From a virus (Duplodnaviria > Caudoviricetes), in IMG/VR virus record IMGVR_UViG_3300042508_000526: a stretch of DNA of 64,000 nt; one strand, given 5' to 3'. Numbering within the stretch: the first letter of the stretch is position 1; each line of letters starts with the position of its first letter. Shown piece by piece: positions 1 through 10,216 of this stretch. Under the pieces are notes generated by a model, which did no database searches, was not told the DNA's origin, and saw only the letters and a program-made list of their open reading frames with translations. The translations under genes were made by a program, and so were the position numbers.

Positions 1-1704
1 AAACTTGCTGCGCAAACCCGCGGCGTTGACGCGGCGGCAAAATTCTGTAACGCAATCTGCCGTGTACTGGGAGATCGCGCCGGAGTTATAGTACGCGCGA
101 TCAATCCAATCTTGGACTTCTGGATGCGAAGACGTTGGTCGTGTCGCTCCCACGCCCCATTTATCGTTTAGATATTTGAAGACACGCATTAACTCAGTTG
201 TCGTCAGCGCGCGATCATAGATAATGCACTCGGCGATATCGCCAGTGAACACGCGAGACGGCACACCCGAACCAGTACGCCCGCCAACCTGCACGCGTGT
301 GTGCGAACCTAACGCCACGCCTGTGCCAGTAAAATATTCTTCGAGCCCACCGTCGCGATAAATATACGAGTTTTTCGTGTTTGCTTGCGTATAAACCGCC
401 GCTACAGTCGTGAATACAGCGACGTGATTTGTGGTCGCGGTATTTGAAGAGGTCGTGGTATTCCCACCCGGGCCGTCAGCGATATATTGCGCGGCGTTAG
501 AGTAAATACCCGGACCGCCTTCGCCGCCGGTCGAGTTACCGGTCGTGAGCACGCCGGCCACTGTTGAGATAGTCCCGCGATCGCGGCACGCAACAATAAC
601 TGTGGCGGGCGCCGTGGTTGTTCTGTCGGCTGCTGACAATAAAGAGTCACCGCCGTCAAATGAAAGAACCGGCTTGCCGTTTTGGCGATTTAACACATAG
701 GTCGGGCAGACGGAACTACCGCCGGCGTTAATTACGTGCTGATTCGCGCCGCTTTTATCCGCCCAGTACGCGACTGTTTGCCCGCTAGCTGTTACGGCAG
801 TTGTTCCAGCGCTGTCTTGCTTTAACGAAGAAATATCACTCGCATCTACCCAAAACGAACAGTTACTGATATCAGTAGGCGCTGTAATAGGCGCTACGGT
901 CGTGGGCAGCGGGATGCCCCACTTGCGCGCCAAGTAGTCTTCGATATCTGTGACGGTTTTAGCCGGCAACGTGTCATTGAAAACCAAGATCTCAGCGACG
1001 TGCCCGGTGAAAAAATTTGAGTAATACCCGCCAGAGATTACGCCGTTTCGCGCGCCGACACACTGCCCCTGCTGAGAACCGTCCAGCAGGCCACCGGCGC
1101 CAGACAATACAGTTGCGCGATTCGCCGCGGCTTTTAAGTTAAACGTGAAAAAATTCGTAACGGTAAACGTCGTGTCGTCGTATGTCACGCGCATAATAGC
1201 CGCGTTGTTTAAACCAGCGCCCGGCACAGAATTGTTAACCGCGCCTGAACTGGTTGCGCGTTTGAAATAAGAAAAATTACCTGCTGGCGTATAGCCAAAC
1301 TCGACAGTCGGCACCCACGATATGCTACCAGTCGCCATCGGGTAGTAATCAAAGAAGATGGATGTCGATCCGGGCGTAGCTGTCGGCACAATCACAAAGA
1401 ACATCGTCCGCTTACCAAGTCCCGGTATCGTGGCGTTGCGCAGCACTGTATTTGTGCCGTTGAACGACAACACGGTGCGCCCGTTGTACGTCGCCAGCGC
1501 GGGTCCGTTACGCGGGCCGTCGAATGAGCCGGTACCGCGTGTAAACGCAAGTGCATTGCTGCTCTTGTCGAGCCACTGCGTAACCTGCCCCGACGACGTA
1601 GTAATCGTGCTGGGGTCATCAGCGTCCAGCCAAAGAGCAAGGCTAGAGAACATACGCGGGTCAAACGTGCCGCGCGTAATAGCTGGCAAAGCATTATTCG
1701 CCAC
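1..1704 (-). CDS. Tail fibre/adhesin with two LamG-like modules (3' end runs out of the window; absent from the ORF track)
   Basis: Hand translation from GTG at 1704 (GAGGT SD upstream) stays open to base 1: MANNALPAITRGTFDPRMFSSLALWLDADD...WLDKS...EILVFNDTL...IEDYLARKWG...FWVDASD...YWADKSG...YLNDKWG...QDWIDRAYYNSG...LRSKF. Paralogous to 6823-8295 and 3825-6821. Confidence 0.8.
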   Translation of the reverse strand, partial: MANNALPAITRGTFDPRMFSSLALWLDADDPSTITTSSGQVTQWLDKSSNALAFTRGTGSFDGPRNGPALATYNGRTVLSFNGTNTVLRNATIPGLGKRTMFFVIVPTATPGSTSIFFDYYPMATGSISWVPTVEFGYTPAGNFSYFKRATSSGAVNNSVPGAGLNNAAIMRVTYDDTTFTVTNFFTFNLKAAANRATVLSGAGGLLDGSQQGQCVGARNGVISGGYYSNFFTGHVAEILVFNDTLPAKTVTDIEDYLARKWGIPLPTTVAPITAPTDISNCSFWVDASDISSLKQDSAGTTAVTASGQTVAYWADKSGANQHVINAGGSSVCPTYVLNRQNGKPVLSFDGGDSLLSAADRTTTAPATVIVACRDRGTISTVAGVLTTGNSTGGEGGPGIYSNAAQYIADGPGGNTTTSSNTATTNHVAVFTTVAAVYTQANTKNSYIYRDGGLEEYFTGTGVALGSHTRVQVGGRTGSGVPSRVFTGDIAECIIYDRALTTTELMRVFKYLNDKWGVGATRPTSSHPEVQDWIDRAYYNSGAISQYTADCVTEFCRRVNAAGLRSKF

Positions 1705-1713
1705 AACGCCACC

Positions 1714-2163
1714 TCAAAGTTGTACAGCGTCGCGGAAAGCCTGATCAATTTGCTCCGCGGTAAAACCTAACGCCGCACCCAATGTAGCAATCATCGGGTG
1801 TTTGCGCTCTACGTATGGCGCATATTCCCACTCGACACGAACGACATCGCGCTCCAGCGGGTCGGCAATGTTATCAATAACTGTTTCAACCGCGGCCAAA
1901 GAAATGCCGTGTGTAACAAGCCACATGCGAATTTGCCGCGCGCTAATCTGCTGCGGAACAGGGCCGAGTTCTGGCGGCGCCCACTCCCACCCGGCGGGCA
2001 GGTCTGTATCGGCCACAAGCGTAAGCCCTTCGCCCGGCTCCCAGCCGTCGGGATAGTCTCCGCGCACGAACGTTACAACTTTGCCGTCACTTGCACGCAC
2101 TACAGCGTAAGAAGTCGGCTGCGGAGCCGGCTCTGGCACAACTTCGTTTGCTTCTTCGCTCAT
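1714..2163 (-). CDS. Tail-fibre-associated (assembly/chaperone-like) protein
   Basis: Start moved to ATG 2163 to avoid overlap with the upstream gene. C-terminal VPQQISARQIR...EWEYAPYVERKHP...QIDQAFRDA resembles small proteins that follow phage fibre genes. Confidence 0.6.
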   Translation of the reverse strand: MSEEANEVVPEPAPQPTSYAVVRASDGKVVTFVRGDYPDGWEPGEGLTLVADTDLPAGWEWAPPELGPVPQQISARQIRMWLVTHGISLAAVETVIDNIADPLERDVVRVEWEYAPYVERKHPMIATLGAALGFTAEQIDQAFRDAVQL

Positions 2164-2173
2164 TGTTGCCCTT

Positions 2174-3430
2174 TCAATACCAAACTGTAATACGCACGAA
2201 ACCGTTTCCGCCATTGCCGCCGGCGCCACTGGCATTGCCGTTTAAACAGCCGCCGCCACCGCCACCGCCGCCACCCGGAAAACCGCCAGTACCGCCGAAT
2301 CCGCCCGGGCCGGCATTATTGCCGCCGCCGCCGGAGCCGCCAGAGCACCAACGACCGAAATAGGTAACGCCCGCGGAGCCGTTGCCGCCGCCGGCTGATC
2401 CGCCGGTAGGGCCGGCGTTAGCGCCCAGCATAATCGGGATAGTGCCGGCATTGCCGCCAGCGTAGTGATTATTAGACGCGTCTGCGCCCCCACCGCCGCC
2501 GCCATTACCGTTGCCGGCTGTGGCGTATGACCCAAATGCTCCGGCGGCATTAGAAGCGCCCGTTAAAGACGAACCCGCTACCAAATTTTGAAACTGGGAC
2601 GCCCACGCATTGTCTCCCCCGCTTACTGTTGCAGCGGTCGTACCGCCGGTACCGCCGGTGCAGTGCCAACCAAGTGCTACATATACGCCGTTAATACTTA
2701 CAAAAGAGCCGCCAGAGCTGCCCCCGGCGTTGCCGTTTGTATCGTCTGTCGTTACAGAGGCTCCGCCAGCACCGCCGGCGCCAACAGTCACACTGCACAC
2801 AAGCGTAGGCAAGTCACTCGCGCGATAAGTCAATTCTGTCCAACCACCAGCGTGACCAGCTCCGCCGCCACAACGCGCAGTTCCAGCCGCGCCACGACGG
2901 CCAGAACCGCCGCCACTACCGCCGCCATGCGCAAGAAAAGTTACATAGCGGGCGGCCGACGGGATAGACCACGTGTACGCGCCGTTACTTCCCGATGCGT
3001 CAGCCGGAGCACTTGTACGCGTAAAGTCATATATCACGGCTTGCGAGCCCGCAATTTTAACGACACCGCCAGTACGCCAACGGGAACTTGTGCCGTCATA
3101 AATCAGCGAAAGGCTGTCATTCGGCGCAAGAGTAACGTCAGAACCAGTGGCGCTCGTTACACGATTCGCTGTGGTGCTGCTTAGAGACTCGTGGGCGATG
3201 CGGATATCAAAAACGCCTACGTTGCAGATAGTTGCCACAGCGCCATCAATACCCGCAACAAAACCCGTAATAGTGCGCGTCGAATCTGACGAGAGCCGGA
3301 CGACGTCTGTGCTCGCCGGTAAGGCGTAATTGTTCTGGTCCGCCACAATTTGTGCCGGAGAACTAATTGCTGCCCGCGTGTTGACTAAAGCTTTGCCGCC
3401 AAAATCAACGGTGCCGTATACGCTAGACAT
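2174..3430 (-). CDS. Glycine-rich tail fibre protein
   Basis: 418 aa. C-terminal GGGSGGGSG/GAGGAGG/GGNGGNGFVRITVW repeats are typical of phage Gly-rich fibre domains. Confidence 0.75.
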   Translation of the reverse strand: MSSVYGTVDFGGKALVNTRAAISSPAQIVADQNNYALPASTDVVRLSSDSTRTITGFVAGIDGAVATICNVGVFDIRIAHESLSSTTANRVTSATGSDVTLAPNDSLSLIYDGTSSRWRTGGVVKIAGSQAVIYDFTRTSAPADASGSNGAYTWSIPSAARYVTFLAHGGGSGGGSGRRGAAGTARCGGGAGHAGGWTELTYRASDLPTLVCSVTVGAGGAGGASVTTDDTNGNAGGSSGGSFVSINGVYVALGWHCTGGTGGTTAATVSGGDNAWASQFQNLVAGSSLTGASNAAGAFGSYATAGNGNGGGGGGADASNNHYAGGNAGTIPIMLGANAGPTGGSAGGGNGSAGVTYFGRWCSGGSGGGGNNAGPGGFGGTGGFPGGGGGGGGGCLNGNASGAGGNGGNGFVRITVWY

Positions 3431-3437
3431 TATTTAA

Positions 3438-3776
3438 TCACTCCGCGGGCGTTTCGGGTTCCGGCGGCGGCGCGTACACGACGCCTTGCTGCTGCCCGAC
3501 TTTCATAACATAAGACAACAAACCAACGACGACAGCACCTAGTTCAGGATCTGTTTGCGCTGCGCTAAGGAGTCCGGGAACGTCGAGTGTTTGGGTTTCA
3601 CCCGACAACTCCGCATTGCCATTTTCATCTGTGCGAAATTTGCCAAGCACTACGTGCGCATTTGCGTCGCCGTTCGGACTGGGTGCCTGAATGAGAATCG
3701 TCTGCACCCACCATTTATCAAACACTTTAGCGGGCACTTCTGTGGGCTGCGCGGCGACAAGAACGGGAATAGACAT
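3438..3776 (-). CDS. Hypothetical protein in the tail module
   Basis: 112 aa, AGGAG SD, fills the gap between fibre genes. Confidence 0.7.
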   Translation of the reverse strand: MSIPVLVAAQPTEVPAKVFDKWWVQTILIQAPSPNGDANAHVVLGKFRTDENGNAELSGETQTLDVPGLLSAAQTDPELGAVVVGLLSYVMKVGQQQGVVYAPPPEPETPAE

Positions 3777-3824
3777 ATTAAACTCCTACAGGTAGGTATA
3801 TCTTACACAATTTTGCGAGAGGCA

Positions 3825-6821
3825 CTAGACGCGTCCGATAGCCATTCTGAAATTTTGAAAAGCCGTCGCGAGAGCCGCCGCTTGTGTGTCGTCTAGCCCC
3901 AGCCCGACAGAATAATCTGCAATCCGGCCGGGCCACGATTCGTACGGGCTAGATTCAACACCGGTGCCGTCGGTTGTGTCGTAAAAGCTCGTGCCAGAAG
4001 CTAACCGCGTTTTGGTATTTAAATACGTCGTCGTATTAATTAGCGACTGCGCGCCATATACACCGTTTACATATCCGCGAACACTCGTGTTGCTTGTGCG
4101 CGAAATGACGTAATTACGGAACACGTTATCAAACGCCATAGTGGTAAAACTTACGCCGCTGCTGACGGTGCCTGTCACCTGCCCGCTAGCGGCAACAGAA
4201 AAACCGTACGTGCCACCAGTGCCGTTAACGTTTTGAAACGTGGCTAGCGTGCGCCGATTGCCCGTCCACGTAGCGTTCGCCGCAATCGTCGTTGCCATGT
4301 GAACGTTTGTCAGATCAGACAAGACGTTTTTAATCGGCTTGTTTGACAGCACTAGATGCTTTGTGCCGGAAGTCGTGTTGGCGTTGAAGCCGCCATTTAG
4401 CGTGTAGTCAGCGGTTGTGTAGCCAGTATTGACATCAAGCAAGCCGCCGTGGGCATGCGGCGCGTACGCAGTTAAAGAACCAACTTCCAGCTGCGCGCCC
4501 CAAAAATACGTACCCGCGCCAACAACGCCGGGATGAGACGATTCGGTCGGCAGCGTCGTGCCGACAATGTACATCGGCCGGTCGTTTGTGGCTGTAGTGT
4601 TCGTTGCTGTAATCGAGCACCGCCACCAGCCGTTGCCCGCAGCAGTAATCGTCGGGGAAGGGGCGGGCCCGAATGTGCCTGAGACGGCTCCCGTGTCCAA
4701 ATCGAAGTACGCGCCGGTGTTTTGCCCCACATAAAGATTGAGCTGCGCGTAACGCAGATCTTTTTTCTTGATGTAGCAGCTCAGCGTATACGTTGTACTC
4801 GCGGCAAGATCGACGTTTTGCCGCACGCCATAGTTGTTCGTCACCGTGTTGTTTTCAATAAACAGGTCGGCCGTCAGCGTGCCGTTCGGAGCCGCGATCG
4901 CATTTTGCGTAACCGTGCCGTTGACGATTAACCAACGCGAGAAGTTTTCATTCAAACCGAGAATGTTTTTTGTCGCCCAACCGTTTACAGGGCCGGCATA
5001 CAGCGGCACAACGGCGGCATTGATATTAGCACCCGCGCATAAATTCAATCTGTAAATCTTGTCGCGCAGATCGGCGGCGTCGATTTCTCTACAAAAATTA
5101 GCTACAGCGCTAAGCGTGGTTTCGTCCGCCGCGCCACCATTTGCAACCACGCGCTGATACCAACTTTGCGCGTCAGCGTGTAAGTCAAGGCGGCTATCAA
5201 ACGACCGTCCAAGCGCCCGCTGAAAAGTTTGCATAATCGTGCTGTAGGTTGCGGCTTCAGCCGCTGTAAAATTTGTCCCAACAGAATACGCACGTAAACA
5301 GCTGCTGGGGTTTTGCGCCGATGCCGCGGCGTTTACGGCATACACAATAATGTTTGACGCATTTGTAGCCTGCGGCGACAAGTTATTAGTGGCGCTCGCG
5401 GCAACTGCGCCATTTTTGTACAGCGCTGCTTGCGTAGCGTTGTTTGAGCCGATCCAAAACGCCTCACTGGTATTATTTACCGGATCTGTTACATACGACA
5501 CGGACGCACCCAACCCAGAATACCGAACAGTGGTTGGAGGACTGCCGTAGGCTATAAACCAGTCAGTGGTGACGCCGGACGTGACAGATGAGATGAGCGT
5601 AGCGTAAGAGTTTGTCGGTAGCGGCGGCGCTTCATAAACAGCCAAGTGCCGGTCATTTGTCGCGGCTGTGTTTTGCGGTAATCCGGTATTGATATAAGCG
5701 CTGTTCAATACGCCTAACAAACCGCCAGCCACGCCCGAGCTTTGATAATTTGTCGTCGGGAAATTTGTTGCCGCGTCAATTTCACTGCCGTACTGTGTTT
5801 CCGCTAATGATTGTCCGCGATACAAGGGCACAAGCGCGGCGTTCAAACTATCGCCGCACATAAGATTCAGGCGATAAAACTTTGTTCGCAAACTCGCGGC
5901 CTCAATCGCGGAACAGAACGTAGAAACAGCTGTGGCGGTTTGCGGAGAAACCGTACTACCGTTAACGTATGCGCGATTGATCCAGTTTTGCGCTTCTGCA
6001 TTAGTGACCTGCGGCGCCATTTGTACATTATGTTTGCTGGTTAAGTAATTCCGAACAGCAGTGATTTGCGCAGTTGTTAACGCGGAAGAAAACAACAGCA
6101 CTTCTTTATACTCACCGTCGCCGGGATAGTTGTAGATGCCCGCTGTTGTTAGATGGCCGCCAATTCCCGGTACAACAGTAGCGTTTTGCTGCGCGATACT
6201 AGACGCAGTCGCAGAATATGTAGGCGCGCCGTTTAAAAAATACGACTCTACGTTGTTTATCGTGCGTTGATTGTGCGCTTCGTGCAAAGTTAAGTCTGTT
6301 CTATGTTGAACGCCGACTATAGACAGCCGCCCGCTCCGCGCAAATGACGTGAAGTACGTGTTAGTCGTCCACGGATGATGATTAGGAAAAGCGCCGGTGT
6401 CGCCGACAAAACTGTGGAGCGCACCGAAAGGGGTCGCGTCTGTTCGGCGCGCGACGATGAATAAAGACGCGCCGGAACTATTCAGCGTAATTTGCGGCGC
6501 AACTAAAAAATCTGACGAAAAAACAGTTGCGGTGCCAGCTGCAGCCGCGGTGTTATAAGTTGGTTTGCGCGCGTTGTCTGTTTGCGTCAAATGTTTGCTG
6601 TTACCGCTACGATCTTGCACAAAACCAACAGCAGACCCGTTTACAACAGCCCCGGTGCCGTCGTTGTTTTGTTTTAAGTAATCGCTATTCGAAAAGTCCC
6701 ACCAGCCGGCCAAACCCGGAATCTCAGCGGGGCTGAACGTTTTAGATATCTTTGAGCGGGCGCCGCTTAAAGCAGTCGTTTGCCCGCCCGAAATAACGTT
6801 GTTGATTTTTATGATGCCCAT
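3825..6821 (-). CDS. Large tail fibre/adhesin (LamG-like module, duplicated helical module, carbohydrate-binding-like module)
   Basis: Likely ATG 6821 (TAA-T-ATG coupling). Contains WWDFS...DRSGNSKHLTQ...KEVLLFSSAL...YLTSKH, two copies of W..R...NG...FC..I.AA.LR.K.YRLNL..G..NAA.VPLY, and a NILGLNENF...WGAQLEVG segment. Confidence 0.8.
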   Translation of the reverse strand: MGIIKINNVISGGQTTALSGARSKISKTFSPAEIPGLAGWWDFSNSDYLKQNNDGTGAVVNGSAVGFVQDRSGNSKHLTQTDNARKPTYNTAAAAGTATVFSSDFLVAPQITLNSSGASLFIVARRTDATPFGALHSFVGDTGAFPNHHPWTTNTYFTSFARSGRLSIVGVQHRTDLTLHEAHNQRTINNVESYFLNGAPTYSATASSIAQQNATVVPGIGGHLTTAGIYNYPGDGEYKEVLLFSSALTTAQITAVRNYLTSKHNVQMAPQVTNAEAQNWINRAYVNGSTVSPQTATAVSTFCSAIEAASLRTKFYRLNLMCGDSLNAALVPLYRGQSLAETQYGSEIDAATNFPTTNYQSSGVAGGLLGVLNSAYINTGLPQNTAATNDRHLAVYEAPPLPTNSYATLISSVTSGVTTDWFIAYGSPPTTVRYSGLGASVSYVTDPVNNTSEAFWIGSNNATQAALYKNGAVAASATNNLSPQATNASNIIVYAVNAAASAQNPSSCLRAYSVGTNFTAAEAATYSTIMQTFQRALGRSFDSRLDLHADAQSWYQRVVANGGAADETTLSAVANFCREIDAADLRDKIYRLNLCAGANINAAVVPLYAGPVNGWATKNILGLNENFSRWLIVNGTVTQNAIAAPNGTLTADLFIENNTVTNNYGVRQNVDLAASTTYTLSCYIKKKDLRYAQLNLYVGQNTGAYFDLDTGAVSGTFGPAPSPTITAAGNGWWRCSITATNTTATNDRPMYIVGTTLPTESSHPGVVGAGTYFWGAQLEVGSLTAYAPHAHGGLLDVNTGYTTADYTLNGGFNANTTSGTKHLVLSNKPIKNVLSDLTNVHMATTIAANATWTGNRRTLATFQNVNGTGGTYGFSVAASGQVTGTVSSGVSFTTMAFDNVFRNYVISRTSNTSVRGYVNGVYGAQSLINTTTYLNTKTRLASGTSFYDTTDGTGVESSPYESWPGRIADYSVGLGLDDTQAAALATAFQNFRMAIGRV

Positions 6822-6822
6822 A

Positions 6823-8295
6823 TTACACCAACGTAATCTTCCATTTGTTGGCCAGATAACGCTCAACTATACGGCACTCGTTACTGCTGAGTACGCGGCT
6901 AAAAGCCAACAACTCAAATGGACGGCCAACCAAAAACTGTTCGTTTGCCAGCGGTACAGTCCCGACTGCAAACGTGTCAGAAGTATAGGCCACCAGTGCC
7001 GGTGTTGGCGTCGTAGATACAGACTGCGCGCCATTTAAACGTATTGTTACGTTATTTGTGCTGGGATTGATTGCCCATGTCGTGATGCCTGTTCTGTTTT
7101 GCGCGGAAACACCAGTGGAGACAGCGGCAGTATAAACGTCTAAACCAATTTGAGTGCTGCCAGAACCCATTACCCAACGTTTTCCAGCCGCACTGTCACC
7201 GACAGCGAATAACGAAGAAAAATTTACGCCCCCCGAGAAATATGCTGCGCACAACGTCATACCGTTTTTAAACACTTGCGCGCCCGTACCAGACAACCAC
7301 TGATTTGTGCCGTTGAGCGATATGGTCGCGCCGCCGGGCTGATAGTTAGACAGCAGAGGTTTAGACGCCGCGGTTGCTTGTGTAGCGTGCCTAGAATTAC
7401 CAGATTTATCGCCCCAGTAGCCCACTGCCGTCCCGGGGTACGCGCTGTCGGCACTTGGGACGTTCCACTTGGCACTCAGGTACTTTTCAATCCGGCGTCG
7501 CTCCGCATCTGTGACCGCGCGGTTATACAAAATGACCTCATGGATTTTGCCGCTGCCGTGCGTGCCCCCCGTGACCAGCACGCCAAAACCCGCTGTGGTC
7601 GAATACAGGTCGTCAGGGTCAAACGTCGCCGATAATAGCCCGTTGCCGTACGTGCTAACAGAACTCGTGCTCGCAAAAATAAGCGAGCTTAAAAAGCGCC
7701 CGGTCTTTGCGTTAGCTGCCGTATTGACATTGTTTACAGTACCAGCCTGCGTCGCGAAGTATTGCGTAGTCGGATTAACGTTTTGCCCGGCTACATAAAC
7801 TGCTGCATTTGTTGTACGCCCGCAAACCCTGCCGTTGGTAACCTCGCCAAACTCGCTATGCACGATAAACCAAGATTGCGCCGTAGTAGCCGGCACGCTG
7901 GCGTTGTGCAACCACTTAGCTTGTGCGCTTTGCGTAATGAAATAATCGCTGTACACACTGCGCACGGGCTGATTGTTGTCTGTCTTGACCGCTAACTCTG
8001 GTCGGCTTGCCGTATTTGTCGCCACCATGTGATAGCCGTTGCCAGACTTATCAGCCCAGTAGCCGATCTTGTTGCCGGTAACGAAAACGTTACCAGTGCC
8101 GCCGGTATTCTGCTTTAGCGTGCTTAAATCGTTGGCGTCGTACCACGCTAAACAACCAGATATATCTGTCGGCGCGGCGACTGCTGTCACACGCCCGGCA
8201 GGATCTTGACTGAGCGTGCTCAAATCGGCGGCGTCGAGCCACAGCGCCAGATTAGAGATGTTCCGCGGGTCAAACGGCGCCGAAAGAAAAGACAT
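6823..8295 (-). CDS. Tail fibre/adhesin with LamG-like repeats
   Basis: Repeated LWLDAAD / W.DKSGN..H..Q / EVILYNRA...IEKYL..KW motifs. Confidence 0.8.
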   Translation of the reverse strand: MSFLSAPFDPRNISNLALWLDAADLSTLSQDPAGRVTAVAAPTDISGCLAWYDANDLSTLKQNTGGTGNVFVTGNKIGYWADKSGNGYHMVATNTASRPELAVKTDNNQPVRSVYSDYFITQSAQAKWLHNASVPATTAQSWFIVHSEFGEVTNGRVCGRTTNAAVYVAGQNVNPTTQYFATQAGTVNNVNTAANAKTGRFLSSLIFASTSSVSTYGNGLLSATFDPDDLYSTTAGFGVLVTGGTHGSGKIHEVILYNRAVTDAERRRIEKYLSAKWNVPSADSAYPGTAVGYWGDKSGNSRHATQATAASKPLLSNYQPGGATISLNGTNQWLSGTGAQVFKNGMTLCAAYFSGGVNFSSLFAVGDSAAGKRWVMGSGSTQIGLDVYTAAVSTGVSAQNRTGITTWAINPSTNNVTIRLNGAQSVSTTPTPALVAYTSDTFAVGTVPLANEQFLVGRPFELLAFSRVLSSNECRIVERYLANKWKITLV

Positions 8296-8310
8296 GTGTG
8301 TGCCGCCTCG

Positions 8311-10209
8311 TTATGCTGGCGTACCGAACGACACTTCACTCGTCACGACAGCCGCATGCCAACGAAGCGTGGCGTTACTTAAACCCGTAACTGTGATAAT
8401 TAAAGCCTCGTTCGTGTCATCAGCGGTCAGCGCTACCGCAGCATTATCCATACCCGTGTCATACCAGCGCTCAGACGTGACTGTCCCCATAAGCGCAGTA
8501 TTGTTTGAGTTGTCGCGCCTGATAGCGCCGCGCAGTGTCCACGCAGCCGCTTTGTTATTTGTAGAGTCGTATGCTACTACTTTAGCTTCAAACTGCAATA
8601 CTGTTTGAGCGACCAGCGTTAGCCGTTCGTTTGCGACTGTTGGGCCTAGAAAAATCTCGGCGGGCGTGCTTGAGGCCGTGGCGCCGCGATAGTTGTAAAT
8701 CACGGCGCGGGCATCGCCGCGGTTGGCAAACTGGCCGGCGCCGGTTACGTGCAGACCCTGCATCGTAACACGAGCCCGTTCAGTGCCGGAGGAGCCAAGC
8801 GTAAAGCGGACAAAATTGCTCGCGACCGTGTTGCTCCACACCGAACCAATATCAACGCTTTGCGACGAGCTGCGCAGTACTATGTCGCCGTTTTGTCCGC
8901 GACATTGAATTGTCGCGCTGCCGCTTTGAAAAGTTAAATGGCCGGAAGTGTCTGTTGTAATGTACGCGTATGTGTCTCCTTGCGGGGACGCAAAATACGC
9001 GCGACCAAACGTCGAGGTCGTATTGCGAAAATACGCGTAACCGTTTACGTCAAGCACGTCGACTGGCGTAAGTGTGTTTACACCAAGCCGCCCGCCCATT
9101 ACGGCCATAACGTTGTTTTGCGCCAGCGTGCGGGCAGTGGCGTCAAGGCTGACGCCAATGCTACGCTGCCCCGAAACGGCCATCGCAGCGTCGCCAATTT
9201 CGATGTTTCCAGTGCCCGCCCAGTTAACAAAAACACTGCCATTAGAGTTTGTCGGGTTTATCGTGTTGCCGTCAAACCGCAGATTGTCGATGTTGATTTG
9301 ACCGGTGACGTTCAGCGCTGACCCGTCAAACGTAAAATTGCTACTACCAGCTAGCACGCCAGAAGAGTTGTACTGCACTTGCCCGCTAGAGCCGGCTGGA
9401 AACGCGCTGACTGTAATCGTGCCCGTCGTGCCGTCAGCCACCACAGAAATGTTCGTGCCGCCGACGAGGTCATAGCTTGTGCCGGGCGTTATCGTGCCGC
9501 TTACCTTTAAATCGCCCACTACGTCTAGAGGCGCTGTGGGCGCAGCCGTGCCGACACCCACATAACCGTCATCTCGCACAGTGAGCAAAGGCGCTAAAGA
9601 CGAATTGACAACAGTAAGAGCCGTCGACGCGGAAGTTGCGCCACTGCCGAAAATGTGCAACCGGGAACTCGGTGTTCCTCCGATTCCGATACCATTTAAA
9701 TAACCGTAAACAGTCAGCAAATTGTTGTAAAAAGCTGCCGAGCCAGAGTTAACAGTCAAAGCCGAGACAGTGGCATCAATAACTGAAAATGCGCCATTTA
9801 CGTCGAACGAATTGTTTACCGAAGTATGCGTGTGCGCTGCCGGTGTAAACTCTGTCGGCTTGTTTGCAATTGCGTCCCACTCTGGCGTGACATCTGCTAT
9901 TTCGACATAACTCGCCGCTAACGTTTTGTCGCCTGCGCCTGTGTACACCCATCTCCGCCCGTCAGTAGTTGTGACAAGCGAACCTTTTTCGATATCCGCC
10001 TGTTGGCCGACCGTTAAAGCCGCAATTCCGCCGGTAGAAAAAAGTTGATTAGATGCCGCCGACGCGTACGCTAGCGCATTCCACGCAGTTACCCCGTCGC
10101 CAAATTTGAATTTGCGGGTATCGCTTTCAAGGCACAGTTCTCCAGCCGCGAGCGTTGGATTTACCAACGCCAGATCTGCTGCCGTACCGCGTTTTAATTG
10201 AATGTCCAT
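8311..10209 (-). CDS. Tail fibre with Mtd_N-like N-terminal anchor
   Basis: N-terminus IQLKRGTAAD...NPTLAAGELCLESDTRKFKFGDGVTAWNALAY matches the major tropism determinant N-terminal domain. GIGIGGTPSSRLHI and GYVGVGTAAPTAPLDV shaft repeats follow. Confidence 0.8.
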   Translation of the reverse strand: MDIQLKRGTAADLALVNPTLAAGELCLESDTRKFKFGDGVTAWNALAYASAASNQLFSTGGIAALTVGQQADIEKGSLVTTTDGRRWVYTGAGDKTLAASYVEIADVTPEWDAIANKPTEFTPAAHTHTSVNNSFDVNGAFSVIDATVSALTVNSGSAAFYNNLLTVYGYLNGIGIGGTPSSRLHIFGSGATSASTALTVVNSSLAPLLTVRDDGYVGVGTAAPTAPLDVVGDLKVSGTITPGTSYDLVGGTNISVVADGTTGTITVSAFPAGSSGQVQYNSSGVLAGSSNFTFDGSALNVTGQINIDNLRFDGNTINPTNSNGSVFVNWAGTGNIEIGDAAMAVSGQRSIGVSLDATARTLAQNNVMAVMGGRLGVNTLTPVDVLDVNGYAYFRNTTSTFGRAYFASPQGDTYAYITTDTSGHLTFQSGSATIQCRGQNGDIVLRSSSQSVDIGSVWSNTVASNFVRFTLGSSGTERARVTMQGLHVTGAGQFANRGDARAVIYNYRGATASSTPAEIFLGPTVANERLTLVAQTVLQFEAKVVAYDSTNNKAAAWTLRGAIRRDNSNNTALMGTVTSERWYDTGMDNAAVALTADDTNEALIITVTGLSNATLRWHAAVVTSEVSFGTPA

Positions 10210-10216
10210 AGCGTTA

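Noticed and set aside
2174-2950. GGN-rich periodic DNA as a non-coding repeat array
   Set aside because: Fully explained by glycine codons in the fibre gene.
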